From the human T2T-CHM13v2.0 reference genome, Homo sapiens: 64,000 nucleotides of DNA. Positions within the stretch are counted from its first letter, which is position 1; each line of letters begins with the position of its first letter. The notes under the pieces were generated by a model, which worked only from the letters and a program-made list of their open reading frames with translations, did not search any database and had not been told where the DNA came from. Shown here one piece after another: positions 13,543 to 30,339 of this stretch. A program made the translations under genes and the position numbers. The stretch lies in the NCBI RefSeq assembly GCF_009914755.1, contig NC_060932.1; one strand, written 5' to 3'.

Positions 13543-14368
13543 GTAAAAATGTATGCATTTTTTATATATGGTTAACAAATGAATTTTGGAGTAAGAAAAT
13601 CCGGAGTTTGAATTTTGGCTCTACCACTTACTTTCAAACTGTATAATTTTAAGAAAGTTTTAATAACATATAAATTGTTACATGTAAATTATTGCCAGGA
13701 GCAATGCCATACCTGATACATAATTTCAATTACTATTTTTATTATGCATAACCATCCAAAGAAATTTAGATACTTTTGTATTAGTTTAGCCAAATGAAAA
13801 TGCATAATCCTTTGAAAATGAACATACACACACTTTAGATTGACATACATGTTACATCTGGGTTTATAAACACAATCAGAATACATTTTAGTTTTGAATT
13901 GACTCTGTTCCCGCTATAACCATTAGGTTAACTCCCCTGACATACTGTAAGGCACTGTGAATTTGCTGATTGCATTATAAAGCTATTATGTTATAAAGAT
14001 AGACTAAATTGTGATATATTGTCACCCATCTGAATAATTTAAAGTTTTTGCCACTTTGGGAGCCAGAGAGACCTGACTCATTCAGGTTACCCTCCTATGA
14101 ACTGGACAATGTGGGGAAAGTTTGTTAATTCCAACTCTTTTTTTTTCTTTTTATTTTATTATTATTATACTTTAAGTTTTAGGGTACATGTGCACAACGT
14201 GCAGGTTTGTTACATATGTATACATGTGCCATGTTGGTGTGCTGCACCCATTAACTCGTCATTTAGCATTGGGTATATCTCCTAATGCTATCCCTCCCCC
14301 CTTCCCCCACCCCACAACAGTCCCCACTCTGTGATGTTCCCCTTCCTGTGTCCATGTGTTCTCACTGT

Positions 14369-18195
<3,827 letters not shown>

Positions 18196-18258
18196 TATGA
18201 TGTTAGCTGGTTATTTTGCTCGTTAGTTGATGCAGTTTCTTCCTAGCCTTGATGGTCT

Positions 18259-19275
18259 TTACAATTTGGCATATTTTTGCAGTGGCTGGTACCAGTTGTT
18301 CCTTTCCATGTTTAGTGCTTCCTTCAGGAGCTCCTTTAGGGCAGGCCTGGTGGTGACAAAATCTCTCAGCATTTGCTTGTCTGTAAAGGATTTTATTGCT
18401 CCTTAACTTATGAAGCTTAGTTTGGCTGCATATGAAATTCTGGGTTGAAAATTCTTCTCTTTAAGATTGTTGAATATTGGTCCCCACTCTCTTCTGGCTT
18501 GTAGAGTTTCTGCCGAGAGATCCACTGTTAGTCTGATGGGCTTCCCTTTGTGGGTAACCTGACCTTTCTCTCTGGCTGCCCTTAACATTTTTTTCCTTCA
18601 TTTCAACTTTGGTGAATCTGACAATTATGTGTCTTGGAGTTGCTCTTCTCGAGGAGTATCTTTGTGGCGTTCTCTGTATTTCCTGAATCTGAATGTTGGC
18701 CTGCCTTGCTAGATTGGGGAAGTTCTCCTGGATAATATCCTGCAGAGTGTTTTCCAACTTGGCTCCATTCTCCCCGTCACTTTCAGGTACAACAATCAGA
18801 CGTAGATTTGGTCTTTTCACATAGTCCCATATTTCTTGGAGGCTTTGTTCATTTCTTTTTATTCTTTTTTCTCTATACTTCTCTTCTCACTTCAGTTCAT
18901 TCATTTCGTCTTCCATCACTGGTACCCTTTCTTCCAGTTGATCGCATCGGCTACTGAGGCTTCTGCATTCGTCATGTCCTCTCGTGCCTTGGTTTTCAGC
19001 TCCATCAGGTCCTTCAAGGACTTCTCTGCATTGATTATTCTAGTTATCCATTCGTCTAATTTTTTTTCAAAGCTTTTAACTTCTTTGCCATTGGTTTGAA
19101 TTTCCTCCTGTAGCTCAGAGTAGTTTGATCTTCTGAACCCTTCTTCTCTCAACTCGTCAAAGTCATTCTCTGTCCAGCTTTGTTCCATTGCTGGTGAGGA
19201 GCTGCGTTCCTTTGGAGGAGGAAAGGCGCTCGGATTTTTAGAGTTTCCAGTTTTTCTGCTCTGTTTATTTCCCAT
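18259..19275 (-). pseudogene. L1 ORF1 (RNA-binding chaperone), frameshifted
   Basis: MGNKQSRKTGNSK..., KRPNLRLI..., GKPIRLTVDLSAETLQARREWG split over three frames. Confidence 0.95.
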
Positions 19276-19857
19276 CTTTGTGGTTTTACCTACCTTTGCT
19301 CTTTGATGATGGTGACGTACAGAAGGGTTTTTGGTGTGGCTGTCCTTTCTGTTTGTTAGTTTTCCTTCTAACAGACAGGACCCTCAGCTGCAGGTCTGTT
19401 GGAGTTTGCTAGAGGTCCACTCCAGACCCTGTTTGCCTGGGTATCAGCAGTGGTGGCTGCAGAACAGTGGATATTGGTGAACCGCAAATGCTGCTGCCTG
19501 ATGGTTCCTCTGGAAGTTTTGTCTCAGAGGAGTACCTGGCCGTGTGAGGTGGCAGTCCGCCCCTACTGGGGGGTGACTCCCAGTTAGGCTACTCGGGGGT
19601 CAGGGACCCATTTGATGAGGCAGTCTGCCCATTCTCAGATCTCAAGCTGCGTGCTGGGAGAACCACTACTCTCTTCAAAGCTGTCAGACAGGGACATTTA
19701 AGTCTGCAGAGGTTACTGCTGTCTTTTTGTTTGTCTGTGCCCTGCCCCCAGAGGTGGAGCCTACAGAGGCAGGCAGGCCTCCTTGATCTGTGGTGGGCTC
19801 CACCCAGTTGGAGCTTCCTGGCCGCTTTGTTTACCTAATCAAACAACTAACTCAGCA

Positions 19858-20145
19858 ACGGCGGGCGCCCCTCCCCCAGCCTCGCTGCCACCTTAAAGTT
19901 TGATCTCGGACTGCTGTGCTAGCAATGAGTGAGACTCCATGGGCATAGGACCCTCTGAGCCATATGCGGGATATAATCTCCTGGTGTGCCATTTTCTAAG
20001 CCTGTTGGAAAAGCGCAGTATTAGGGTGGGAGTGACCCGATTTTCCAGGTGCCGTCTGTCACCCCTTTCTTTGACTAGGAAAGAATTCCCACTCTTTAAA
20101 AAAATATATTATCTGAAGCTTTGTTATAAGGAAAAAATAATATAA
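19858..20145 (+). pseudogene. L1 antisense ORF0 remnant; C-terminal half reopened and fused to flank
   Basis: ACG-AGAPPPASLPP*SLISDCCASNE*DS, then ATG at 19939 giving MGIGPSEP...RVGVTRFSRC, reading into flanking DNA. Confidence 0.8.
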
Positions 20146-20813
20146 TGTATTTGGAGTTACAAAAATAATGTGAATAGGCAATAAATATTAGTGCCCTTCT
20201 CCCTATTATCATTTCCTCTTTCCCCCATATAATGAAATAATTATAATACGAATATGTAAAAATATTTTTTTCTTAAACTTAAGCCCAATACATCCAATCA
20301 AATACAAATATACCTGAGAAATATAAATGTTACCTTGAAGGGCTGAAGGTACCTAACAGAATGGGAAGAAGTGTCAGAGTCAGATAAAATGTTCTCTGTG
20401 AGCAGACCACCTCCACATGCTAAACAATAGGAGCATGCAGTAAACAAAATCATGTTCAAAGGATAACCAGGTTTGCAGGACAGAGTATCAATCAATGCAA
20501 ATGCAATAGTTTGGGATGCAGTAGAAGTCAGAAAAACAGGAGAAAAAACATAACAACAAAAGGAGAAAAAATGATAGACTGGTTGTTTTTAAAAACTCTG
20601 GGAGAGAAAATTTTAGGGTAGAGACCATATTAAAATGAAACTACACACTCCCCATGTTTCTTTAATTCATATTAGTCTTGGAGGACTAACCAGCCCACAA
20701 TCTCTTCATCTGTGATAACTGAGAAATTACTGTGAGATCTAAGAATGTTCGCAGTAAAAAAACATATGTATTTGGAGTTACATATGTATTTAGAGTTTTA
20801 ATGTATACCTAAT

Positions 20814-21650
20814 CTAAATAAATATACTGTAATTACTAGTATTTATCCTAAGGTCTCTTCCCCAGTGTGTGAAAAACAACTTGTTTGTGTTTATCCTTTT
20901 GAATCTGACATTGTCCACATCTCTTCCCTTGCTGGCCACATATAAACTTATTCCATCCAGTAAGTTGTAATCCTGCTCCTGGCAGGGGTTGTCTGCTTCA
21001 GTATCATTTCTTTGGCTTTCTGCTCTAGTTACAGTGAATGTCTTGTAGCACAGTACATCTCCGTCAGGCCAAAATCTATCCCAAGGGATTATAAAAGTTA
21101 TGTGAAGTTAATAAATTTGCAGATTTATATTGCTTTACTGTACATTCATAGGATATACTCTTCTATAGCATAGGCTCAAATTATCCCCTCTCATACACAA
21201 ATGCTTACAACATCAGGCCTTTCTGAAGTTCACCTGAATCACTGGTTTGCAATTTATACTTGATCAGTACATCCCCTAAGAGAACCCTAATTTGGGTCTT
21301 CAGTGCATTGTGCATGGGAAAACAAAATCTAATAAGCATGTCACCAAGATTAGAGACTGTACTTAACCTGATAAAAAAAAATACTGTGACATTTTTCATA
21401 AATACACTTATTTTTGCATTAGACAAATAATGTCAAGAAATCATAATTTTGCTCATGCAGCATTCCCAAATACAACTTAATGTTCCTGTATCTTCAATTT
21501 TGACTCCTCTTAATTTTTCCTTAATCATTTCCCACTGATAGCTCAAGAAAGAGATTTAACATATGAAAACTTAATAGATTTACCTGCTCATGTGTTATAG
21601 AAAGTTTTGACAGTCTCAACCAGAAAAAATAATGCCACTTTTGTTTTCAA
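20814..21650 (-). other. Candidate three-exon chain (21584-21650, 21209-21275, 20814-21075), possible pseudogene or unannotated gene
   Basis: AG/GT-bounded, phase-compatible; one in-frame TGA; last segment open for 86 codons; no family recognised. Confidence 0.35.
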
Positions 21651-21963
21651 CTGAAGAAATTAAACTTGTTTTCCTCTGAAACATTCATGAAATCAACTTG
21701 TAAAGATGACAATCTAACTTTAGATTATTTATTGCCTTGTGTTGCAACTCATGTAAAAAAAAAGAAGCAAGTTTTATAACTGAAAAATTATACTTAATAA
21801 TGAAGCATTATATATTACAGTAATTTTATTGCTAGAAACTATTTGAATTTTTCTTCTCAAAGAAATGTAACATTAGTTGTTAAATAATAAAATTACTTGA
21901 TTTAATAAAATGATTGTAAAAATGAATAACCTAAGTAAGATTACTCTAATTGTCCTCTAAATC

Positions 21964-22110
21964 CTTACTACTCAAAGTATGGTCCATATATCTGTATCAC
22001 TGGGGAGTTTATTAGAACCTCAAGTTCCCAATCCAAACATACAGAATCACAATCTTCAGTTTAACAAGATCCCCAAGTAATTCGTATGTATATTAAAGCA
22101 GAAAAACATT
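21964..22110. mobile_element. MER5-type hAT-Charlie MITE remnant
   Basis: ctcaaagtatggtcc...atcactgggg...ttagaa...gaatca...tttaacaagatccccaagtaattc. Confidence 0.7.
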
Positions 22111-23809
22111 ATATAAAAGAAAATTCAAAGTTGTAATTATCTTACCAACTCAAACTATCAGAACACAAATATGACCAAGTTTCACAAAATGTTACAATTT
22201 TATTTTAATCTGCTAATATTTTAATTTCTTAATATCAAAAAACATCAAGTTTTGATTAAGACCAAATAAACTCATGCTTTATTTATTGGATTAAGTCATC
22301 AGCAATCTACAATTTCTGTAGTTTTGAAAACTTCTTATATTTTTAGATTCCAATCTGTTCCATTTTACATTATGAATTTTCTATTTCCTGTTTCGTTAAG
22401 GAAAAATATAACAATAATAAACAAAATTAGAAAGAGTTTACAGTATATCCCATTTATCATTAGTAAGTTTTTTAGTTAAAAATCTAAACTTGGGACCTAT
22501 CTTTATAACACAAGCAAATATCTATACTGGGTTTTTTGCTTTATTGCTTATGCCACAAAAACTAAATATTAAGAACCTTAAAATATGGTTATATTCTAGA
22601 ATGTTCATGGGAGGCTGCCTTTCTCTCTGATCCTAAAATGGGATGATGGCTTAAATTGAATCAAGTCAAGGCAAGAGCAGTCAGCCAAACCTTGCTGTGT
22701 CATGAAGGGTTCTTTAAATAAGTACAGTTCATTTTGAAAGGGACTGGAACCGAGGAGCTAGATGATGGTGTTTCTTACCCTAAATTCTTGCCTGACTTAC
22801 AAATGTGGAGATAGGCAGATAAAGACTATCTGAATTAGGGGCAGTCATGACTGCTTCACTTGGGATTGTCACCTAAATTGTTATTATGGAATTCTTTACA
22901 TGGATATATAACATTACTATAACCATACCAATCCCCAGACAACATGCAAGGGGTCAAGTCATAGGCATGTTAGCTGTAAAAATGTATATTTTCAAGTGGC
23001 CTTTTAAAATAAGTAATATATTAAGCAACAAAATAAATACACTGGTTGGTGGAAACTTTTCAGCATGTCACTAAAAATGTCAGAGGCGTACTACCAACTG
23101 AGTATATATTTAGGTAGATATAAAGATGCACACACACATATATATACACTCACATATATACACTTACATATATATACTTACACAAATATATTTCATAATG
23201 TCTGATAATCAAATATGTATTGTATATTATAGAATTTAATGCAGTAATACTCTAAAATTAAGGAGGTCAAGATTCAAATGACCATTTTGCTTTAAAAACC
23301 ATCACGAAAAATGACCTTGCAGGATTTGAGGCTAACTAGCTCTGTAGAGTCCAGACATAAACTTTTTCTTACCTTTGCCAGCAGAAGTGACCATACCTCT
23401 CTGTTTTATAATTTTATTTATTTTCTGTTATTCAACATCCAAAAGTAATCAGCATACTTCTTGGCTTAGTAAACCATTTACATATACATATACATGTGCA
23501 TATTCACATACAAATGGCATTTAATAAAAATAACCATACCCTGTTAAGTATAGTTTCATAATGGGAACTATCATTTTAGATACAGATGTTTTTATACTTC
23601 CACATAAAACATCCTGCCAAATGTGCCTCCTCTCTCTAAACTTTATTTGCATTCTTATTTATTCTTGTGACTTCTATTTTTATTTTGTACATAAACTCCA
23701 AATATATATAATTGCCCTAAAATCCCCTCCTAATATCCTGTTGGAAAGTCCCATACATTTATGCCATGGCTATATCTAACTCACTGTCCAAAACCAAAGT
23801 CACCCATTT

Positions 23810-25450
23810 GTTTATTCTTCCATTCCATAATATTTATTGAGCAGTTACTCTGTTCCAAGAACTCTTTTAGACACTAGTGAATAAAACATAAAATTCTCTG
23901 CTCATGGAGCTTCCATTACAGAGGGAAAGGAAAGTAATACAGACAATAAATAATCACAATACATACTCTGTGAGATGGTGACAAACAATATGGAGAAAAC
24001 AATGAATAATTGGATGAGAATAAAGAATGCCAAGGAAAGTGAAATTTTAAAGAGGTTGTTAAAGAAGGACTCACTGAGAAAGTAATATTGGAGCAAAAAT
24101 CTGAGTCAAGAAGATGGGATGGAATCTAGTATACAAGTGGAAGAGTGGGAACAGATTGTTCATTTATAGTAACTAGAAGCTCAGTATATGAGCACAGCTC
24201 ATAGGTAGGTGGCAAGATGGGTGGTGGGAGCTTGTGGACACTCTCTTCTGTTGTGGATACTCTCTTCTGTTGTGGATACTCTCTTCGGTTTGCTGCTGTT
24301 TTCTCAGTGTATTAGAAAGCTTCCTGCTAAGAGTGAGAATGATGAAGGATGTCTTGGAGGTATGGGGATAAAGGGAAGAAAAAATTGTCTTTAAGAAACG
24401 CAGAAAGAAATTGTATCAGGATTGTTAGGCAGTAGGACTAGTATCACATTTGATGCTAGTGGTCATGAATTTTAAATGAGGCCAATTATCCTGGTTGTGT
24501 ATTCTTATCCAGCTAATTTAACTATGGAGATACAGGCATGAGGTAGATGAATATTAGGCTTTAACCATGGTTGGGGTTTGGTCAGGTGAGTATACAAAAT
24601 GGGAGCGGAGCAAGGGAGTTTAGGGAATTTGCAAGGGAGTGATTGTAGTAATTGATATCGGAAGTTGCTATGGGCAAGAAAGAAAGTGAAGAGTTGAGAA
24701 GAGGGAGATGCTGTGGGGAAAAGTGATTGAAGGATCAATGGGTTATAGGTCCCCAGTGACCAAAAAATTGTTGGAGCTGGGTATGAGAGGAAGTAAGCTA
24801 GAAAGATAAGAACTGAGACTTGAAGAGTAGACTTCTTGACACTGAGATTATGGAGAGGTGCTAGATGTTGATAATTGGAAGGTATAGGGCATAGCCCTGT
24901 GAACAATTGGCCCAGAAGGAGAGCAGGACAAAATCATTGGTGAAAAGAAGGAACTGAAAATCCAGGGCATTAGAAGGAACATTACAAGGATAATGAAATC
25001 ACCAAGAATTATGCAAGAAGTAGAATTGGGACCAGTGACAATAAGCCAGGAGTTTATAAGCCAATAAACTCTTCAGGGAATGAGGAGTGCCTGGAGGGTT
25101 TGCAGAAGATAGCAGCAAGAAGGAGATGCGGGTGGTTTGATGGCACGAGATTCAAAACTGGGAAAGTTTGAGAAAGGGGAAGGGAGAATGGGCTGTTGGA
25201 GCAAGGAGAAAGCTCTCCCTGCCTCCATCCCTGGTGGTGAAATGTTGTGGGAGAAAAATAACTAAAGCTTGAGAGGGTTCATAAAGAAACATGTCCCCAG
25301 GGAAAATCAGGTTCAGTCGAAGCAAGAAGGTAAAAGAAAGAGGTTCCTAATAACTATGAGTTCCAGTGGAAGGGTTTCAGAAATGAGGCGGGTGAGAGAT
25401 GAGGTCAGAAAAGAGGTTGCAGAGAGACGTGGGGAACTGAGAGTCTATGG
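23810..25450 (-). mobile_element. L2 LINE (3' end plus ORF region)
   Basis: atatttattgagcagttactctgttcc...ctgctcatggagctt tail, followed by purine-rich L2 body. Confidence 0.7.
24232..24288. repeat. 19-bp x3 tandem repeat
   Basis: ttgtgga(c/t)actctcttc(t/g)g repeated three times. Confidence 0.92.
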
Positions 25451-25608
25451 AAGGAGAGACGACTTCAGAGTCCAGATTGTCCTAGAGAGACTAAGCAGAA
25501 TTAAATTCCATAGTGAAATTTGTTCTGATCCTCTCAGGGTGGTGCAATTTGGTGGACCAGAATGGTGGGGGCAGGAAAAAGAGGAGAAAAACAACAAGGG
25601 AAGACTCT

Positions 25609-26858
25609 CGTTTATTTCTTGTGTAATTTTTTGCTTTATTTTATTTTTAATTGACAAATAATTGTATATAGTTATGGGGCTCAGTGTGATGTTTTGTTAC
25701 ATGTGCACATTGTGGAAAGATCAAATCAGGCTAAGTAACATATCACATCACCTCAAATATTTATAATTTCTTCGTGGTGAGAACATCAAAAATCCTCTTT
25801 TTTAGCTATTTTGAAATGTACAAGACATTATTATTATTAGCTATAGTCATCATGCTGTGCAATAGATCACCAGAACTTATTCCTCCTGTCTAACCAAAAC
25901 TTTTTACTCTGATTAACATTTCCACTCTCACCATCTCCACACCCCCATCCTCTGGTAACCACGATTCTACTCTCTACTTCTGTGAGTTCAACTTTTTTAG
26001 ATTCCACATATAAGTGAGATCATATGGCATTTGTCTCTCTGTGCCTGGATTATTTCACATAACATAATGTTCTTTAGGTTCAACTATGCTGTCTCAAGTG
26101 ACCAAATTTCCTGCTTTTTAAAGGCTGAATAGTATTTCATTGTGTATATATACCACATTTTTAACCCATTTGTCCATTGACAGACACTTAGGTTGTTTCC
26201 ATATCTTGGCTATTGTGAATAATGCTACAATAAACATGGGAGTGCAGACATCTCTTCCACATACTGATTTCAACTATTTTAGATATATACCCAGAAGTGT
26301 ACTGTATCATATAGTAATTATATTTTTAGTTTTTGAGGAACTTCCATACTGTTTTCCAGAGTGGTTGTGCTAATTTACATTATCACCAACAATGTACAAG
26401 GGTTTCCTATTTTCCACATCCTTGCCAACACTTATCTTTCATCTTTTTGATAATAGCAAATTTAACAGGTATGAGATAAAATCTCACTATGGTTTTAATT
26501 TGCATTTCTCTGATGATTAGAGATGCTGAGCATTTTTACATCTACCTGTTGGCCATTTGTATATCTTCTTTTCAGAAATGTCTGTTCAAGTCCTTTGCCC
26601 ATTTTTCATAGATTTATTTGTTTTCTTGTTATTGAGTAGTTCCAGTTCCCTATATGTTTTGGATATTAGCCTATCTGATATATGATTTGCAAATATGTTT
26701 TCTCAATCTCTTGGTTGTCTCTTTACTCTCTTGTTTCCATTGCTGTGTAGAAGATTTTAGTTTGATGCAGTCCCATTTGTCTATTTTTGCTTTTGTTGCC
26801 TGTTTATTTGGGATCTTCTCCAAGAAATCACTGTCCAGACCAATGTCATAGAGCTTTT
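25609..26858 (-). mobile_element. L1MA-type 3' end, 5'-truncated
   Basis: ttttaattgacaaataattgtatat... L1MA 3'UTR; degenerate TSD caacaagggaagactct (25592-25608) / cagcagggtaagactct (26859-26875), 14/17. Confidence 0.88.
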
Positions 26859-27759
26859 CAGCAGGGTAAGACTCTTGAGAGGACCAAGCATATATCCAAC
26901 ATTCTATTTGGTCTTGACAATAGAGGTTGGGAAGCCAGGGCAGGAGCTATCTTATAGACATAAATATAGAACTCAAGCTCTAACTGCTTATTGCTTCCAG
27001 AGCTTGAGAGCTCAGGAACTCCTGTTCACTCTACCTATAAAAGTGAGGATGTGTGACAGCTAGAAAAGGGTTGTCTTGGAGCACCTGAAGCTCATCAATA
27101 TTCGACATCTCATATCTGCTCTTTTGCCTGTATTTTCTGTTAACAGTGGCTCCATTTTCCATTTTGACCAGGTTGGAAGATAAGAGTTCCAGACATTGCC
27201 AACTCTTGATTCTATGCCTCTAGTAACTCTTGCCCTTCTCATTATTGTGTTATGATGAGTGCCATGTGTATACCCTGATGGAAAAATTATTTCAGCTAGA
27301 AATAGCCAATTTTGAACATTAGCGCTACCATTTACTAGCTCTGAAAACTTGGGCAAATTATTTGATCCCTCTGTGTCTCAGTTTTTTTTAAATAATAATG
27401 TCATTCTCACACATTTCTACAGAGCATCATTAAATAACAAATATAAATCCTAACACATGTGGCCATTTTGTTCCATTGTGGTAATGTTTATAATGATAAA
27501 AGATAAGCAGCAATCTAAATGCTTATCATTGGGAATTAAGCTAAAAATTGTGATATATCCAAGCAATTGGAAACTATGTAAATGTTCAAAAAATGCAACA
27601 GTTCTTTAATATACTGATTTAGAACAGCCTCCAAGAAATATTAAGTGAAAAAAGCAAATGGCATAAAAATGTGTGTATGTGTTTATATGTACATGTGTAT
27701 ATTTGCAGATATATAAATTTGTGCTTGTATATTCATAGATTTTTCTCAGTGTGATATGA

Positions 27760-28015
27760 TACAGTGAAGCCAGACTACTTTGGTTTAAATCTCAGCCCAC
27801 CACTCCCTAGCCGTGTTACATAGGAAAAGTCATCTAGCCTCTCTGTACCTTAGTTTCCTCAGTTGTAAAAGAGTAAAAATAATATTAATTATTATTAATT
27901 ATTCATGATAATATTACCTATGGATGTTGTGAGCATTAAATGAGATAAAAATTTTAAAACACTTAAGAATCTTGACAAGCATTAGTAAGGTATTTATACA
28001 CGTTAGCTATTATTA
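27760..28015 (+). mobile_element. MIR
   Basis: gaagccagactac...cctctctgtaccttagtttcctcagttgtaaaa...gttgtgagcattaaatgagat. Confidence 0.75.
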
Positions 28016-28723
28016 TTTCTATTACACAAGAAATGAGTAATATTAGTTGCCCCTGAGGAAAAAATTTGGAGATGAAGAGAGAAATAAGAAGGAGGCTTAT
28101 TTTGCATTGAATATTGTTTATTGCCTTCTAAATTTTGTATTTTATAAAATGTATTATCTATTTTTTACCAAGTAATTTAGCACATTTTTTAAAGTATCTT
28201 ACACATAATAGGTCCTTCATAAATGTTAATTACCTCCCTTTTAAATTCATTTTCCTGTAAATAATTGAATCTATCTTTTACTTACCTTAAAAAACATTTG
28301 TTAAACTTGACTTACATTTAGGTATTCATCTTTTAAGGTATATTTAGCAGTCATGGAGCATTGGTGATATAAAGTGAAAGTATTATATTTATTTATAATT
28401 TAAGAGGAAGAAGTCTGTCTATTACTAAGAAATGGCATGATGCCTTGTAATCTGAGGTTTCTTAGTAAATGTAACTTAAGTAGACAATGATGATGATGAC
28501 CCACAAATGGTCACATTCTTCCACCTCCTAAGTCACCCCCTGTTTGTTAGTAAGTAGGTTAGTGTGGGGAAAATCTCATTATGCTGATACTATTTCCTTT
28601 CTGTATCATACAATTCAAAGAAATGTTGGTCCTCAAGCCAATTAAGCACCTTATTGTCTTTCATAAAAGTACAGATCAGTACAAATCTATCAAATTCAAA
28701 GTTCTTTTTTTGTCTCTTTTGTT

Positions 28724-28800
28724 TCCATTTTTAAAGGTTTTGATGAACTAAATAATGCTCCAGTTTTTAAAGATTTTGATAAACTAAATAAAATCCAGTT
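28724..28800. repeat. Degenerate 35-bp tandem duplication
   Basis: tccatttttaaaggttttgatgaactaaataatgc / tccagtttttaaagattttgataaactaaataaaa. Confidence 0.8.
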
Positions 28801-29310
28801 ATTTGGATGCTGCCTTTGGTCAGCTAAGGTGGTAGTATACTCTTGCTAAGTGACTTGAAGTCTCCACAGTCTGTGAAGACTTGCTTAAAATGGCATAACT
28901 TTTAGGAACCACAGAATCTCATAATAGTAGCACTGGAATTCTATGTCCAACTTCACTCAATTAAAAGATTGTGGACATTGATGGTGAAAGACACTGAGTT
29001 ACAAAAATAAGGAGTGCCTTGAGAAAGTTCAGTCTTCCAAATCTTATATCATAGAATCTATATTTACAGTTTAAAAGTATTCTAGAGATCATGAAGGCCC
29101 ACCTCTTATTAGAAAAATGACAATGCCAAGAGGGAAGAGGAACTTTAATATGATCAAAAAGTTGATTAAAGGCAGCTGACACTAGAACTCTGAGGGCTTC
29201 ATCTCTGGTCAAATGTTCTTTGTTTAAAACCATACAATTATGATTTTAAAAGGTTCCAATTTTAACAATGAAAGTGATGAAGATATTTTGAATATTTAAA
29301 AATGTTTAAC

Positions 29311-29717
<407 letters not shown>

Positions 29718-30339
29718 TTTTTTAAAGTTTATGTAGTATAAAGAATGAGTTTATCTCTCAACTGATAATATTATATATTTAGTAAGTATTTATTAAATGC
29801 TTACTATCTTCCAGTACTATGCTAAATTTCTGCATATGTTTTTTCTTTGATTGTCACAACACATGAAAGTAGGCATATAGTTATCCTTCTATTACAGGTA
29901 AGGAAAACAAGTCACGAACCCAGACTGTTTTTGCCTGCCTAAATTTGTTCCTTTCTCTCTGATTTTGTAGACCTGCTCGGAATTAAATCCTTACCATGTG
30001 GATGTTTTGTTTGATTGTTTGATTGTTTCTTACCTCTCGGAAGTCTTCTGCACTAAATAAATCTGCATGATACTTATGGTCTCCTTTCCTAATCACCCAT
30101 CTCAGTTGGTTCCTTCTGTGCTCCTACACCTGTCTGCTTGATTGGCAGTATCTGGTGGACTCCTGTATAGCCAGAGATCTGATTCTGATCCTTTTGGAAG
30201 GCCAAGCCAAGGCCTATAGATGCATTTTAAAATGCTTACAGGAAATAGCCCATACAAACTCCTTGTTATTTGTTCAAAAACAATTAATTGTCTTTCTTGT
30301 ACAATGAGTTATTCCTTTTCCTATTTCTGTTTCTCTCAC

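Noticed and set aside
21030-21078. DFGLTE kinase-like motif in an alternative minus frame
   Set aside because: A stop follows shortly and no other kinase motifs are nearby
21588-21590. In-frame TGA as selenocysteine
   Set aside because: No SECIS element or selenoprotein context recognisable; nonsense mutation or chance is simpler
24505-25661. 130-aa ORFs at 24505-24906 and 25269-25661
   Set aside because: They lie in a degenerate L2; composition-driven open frames
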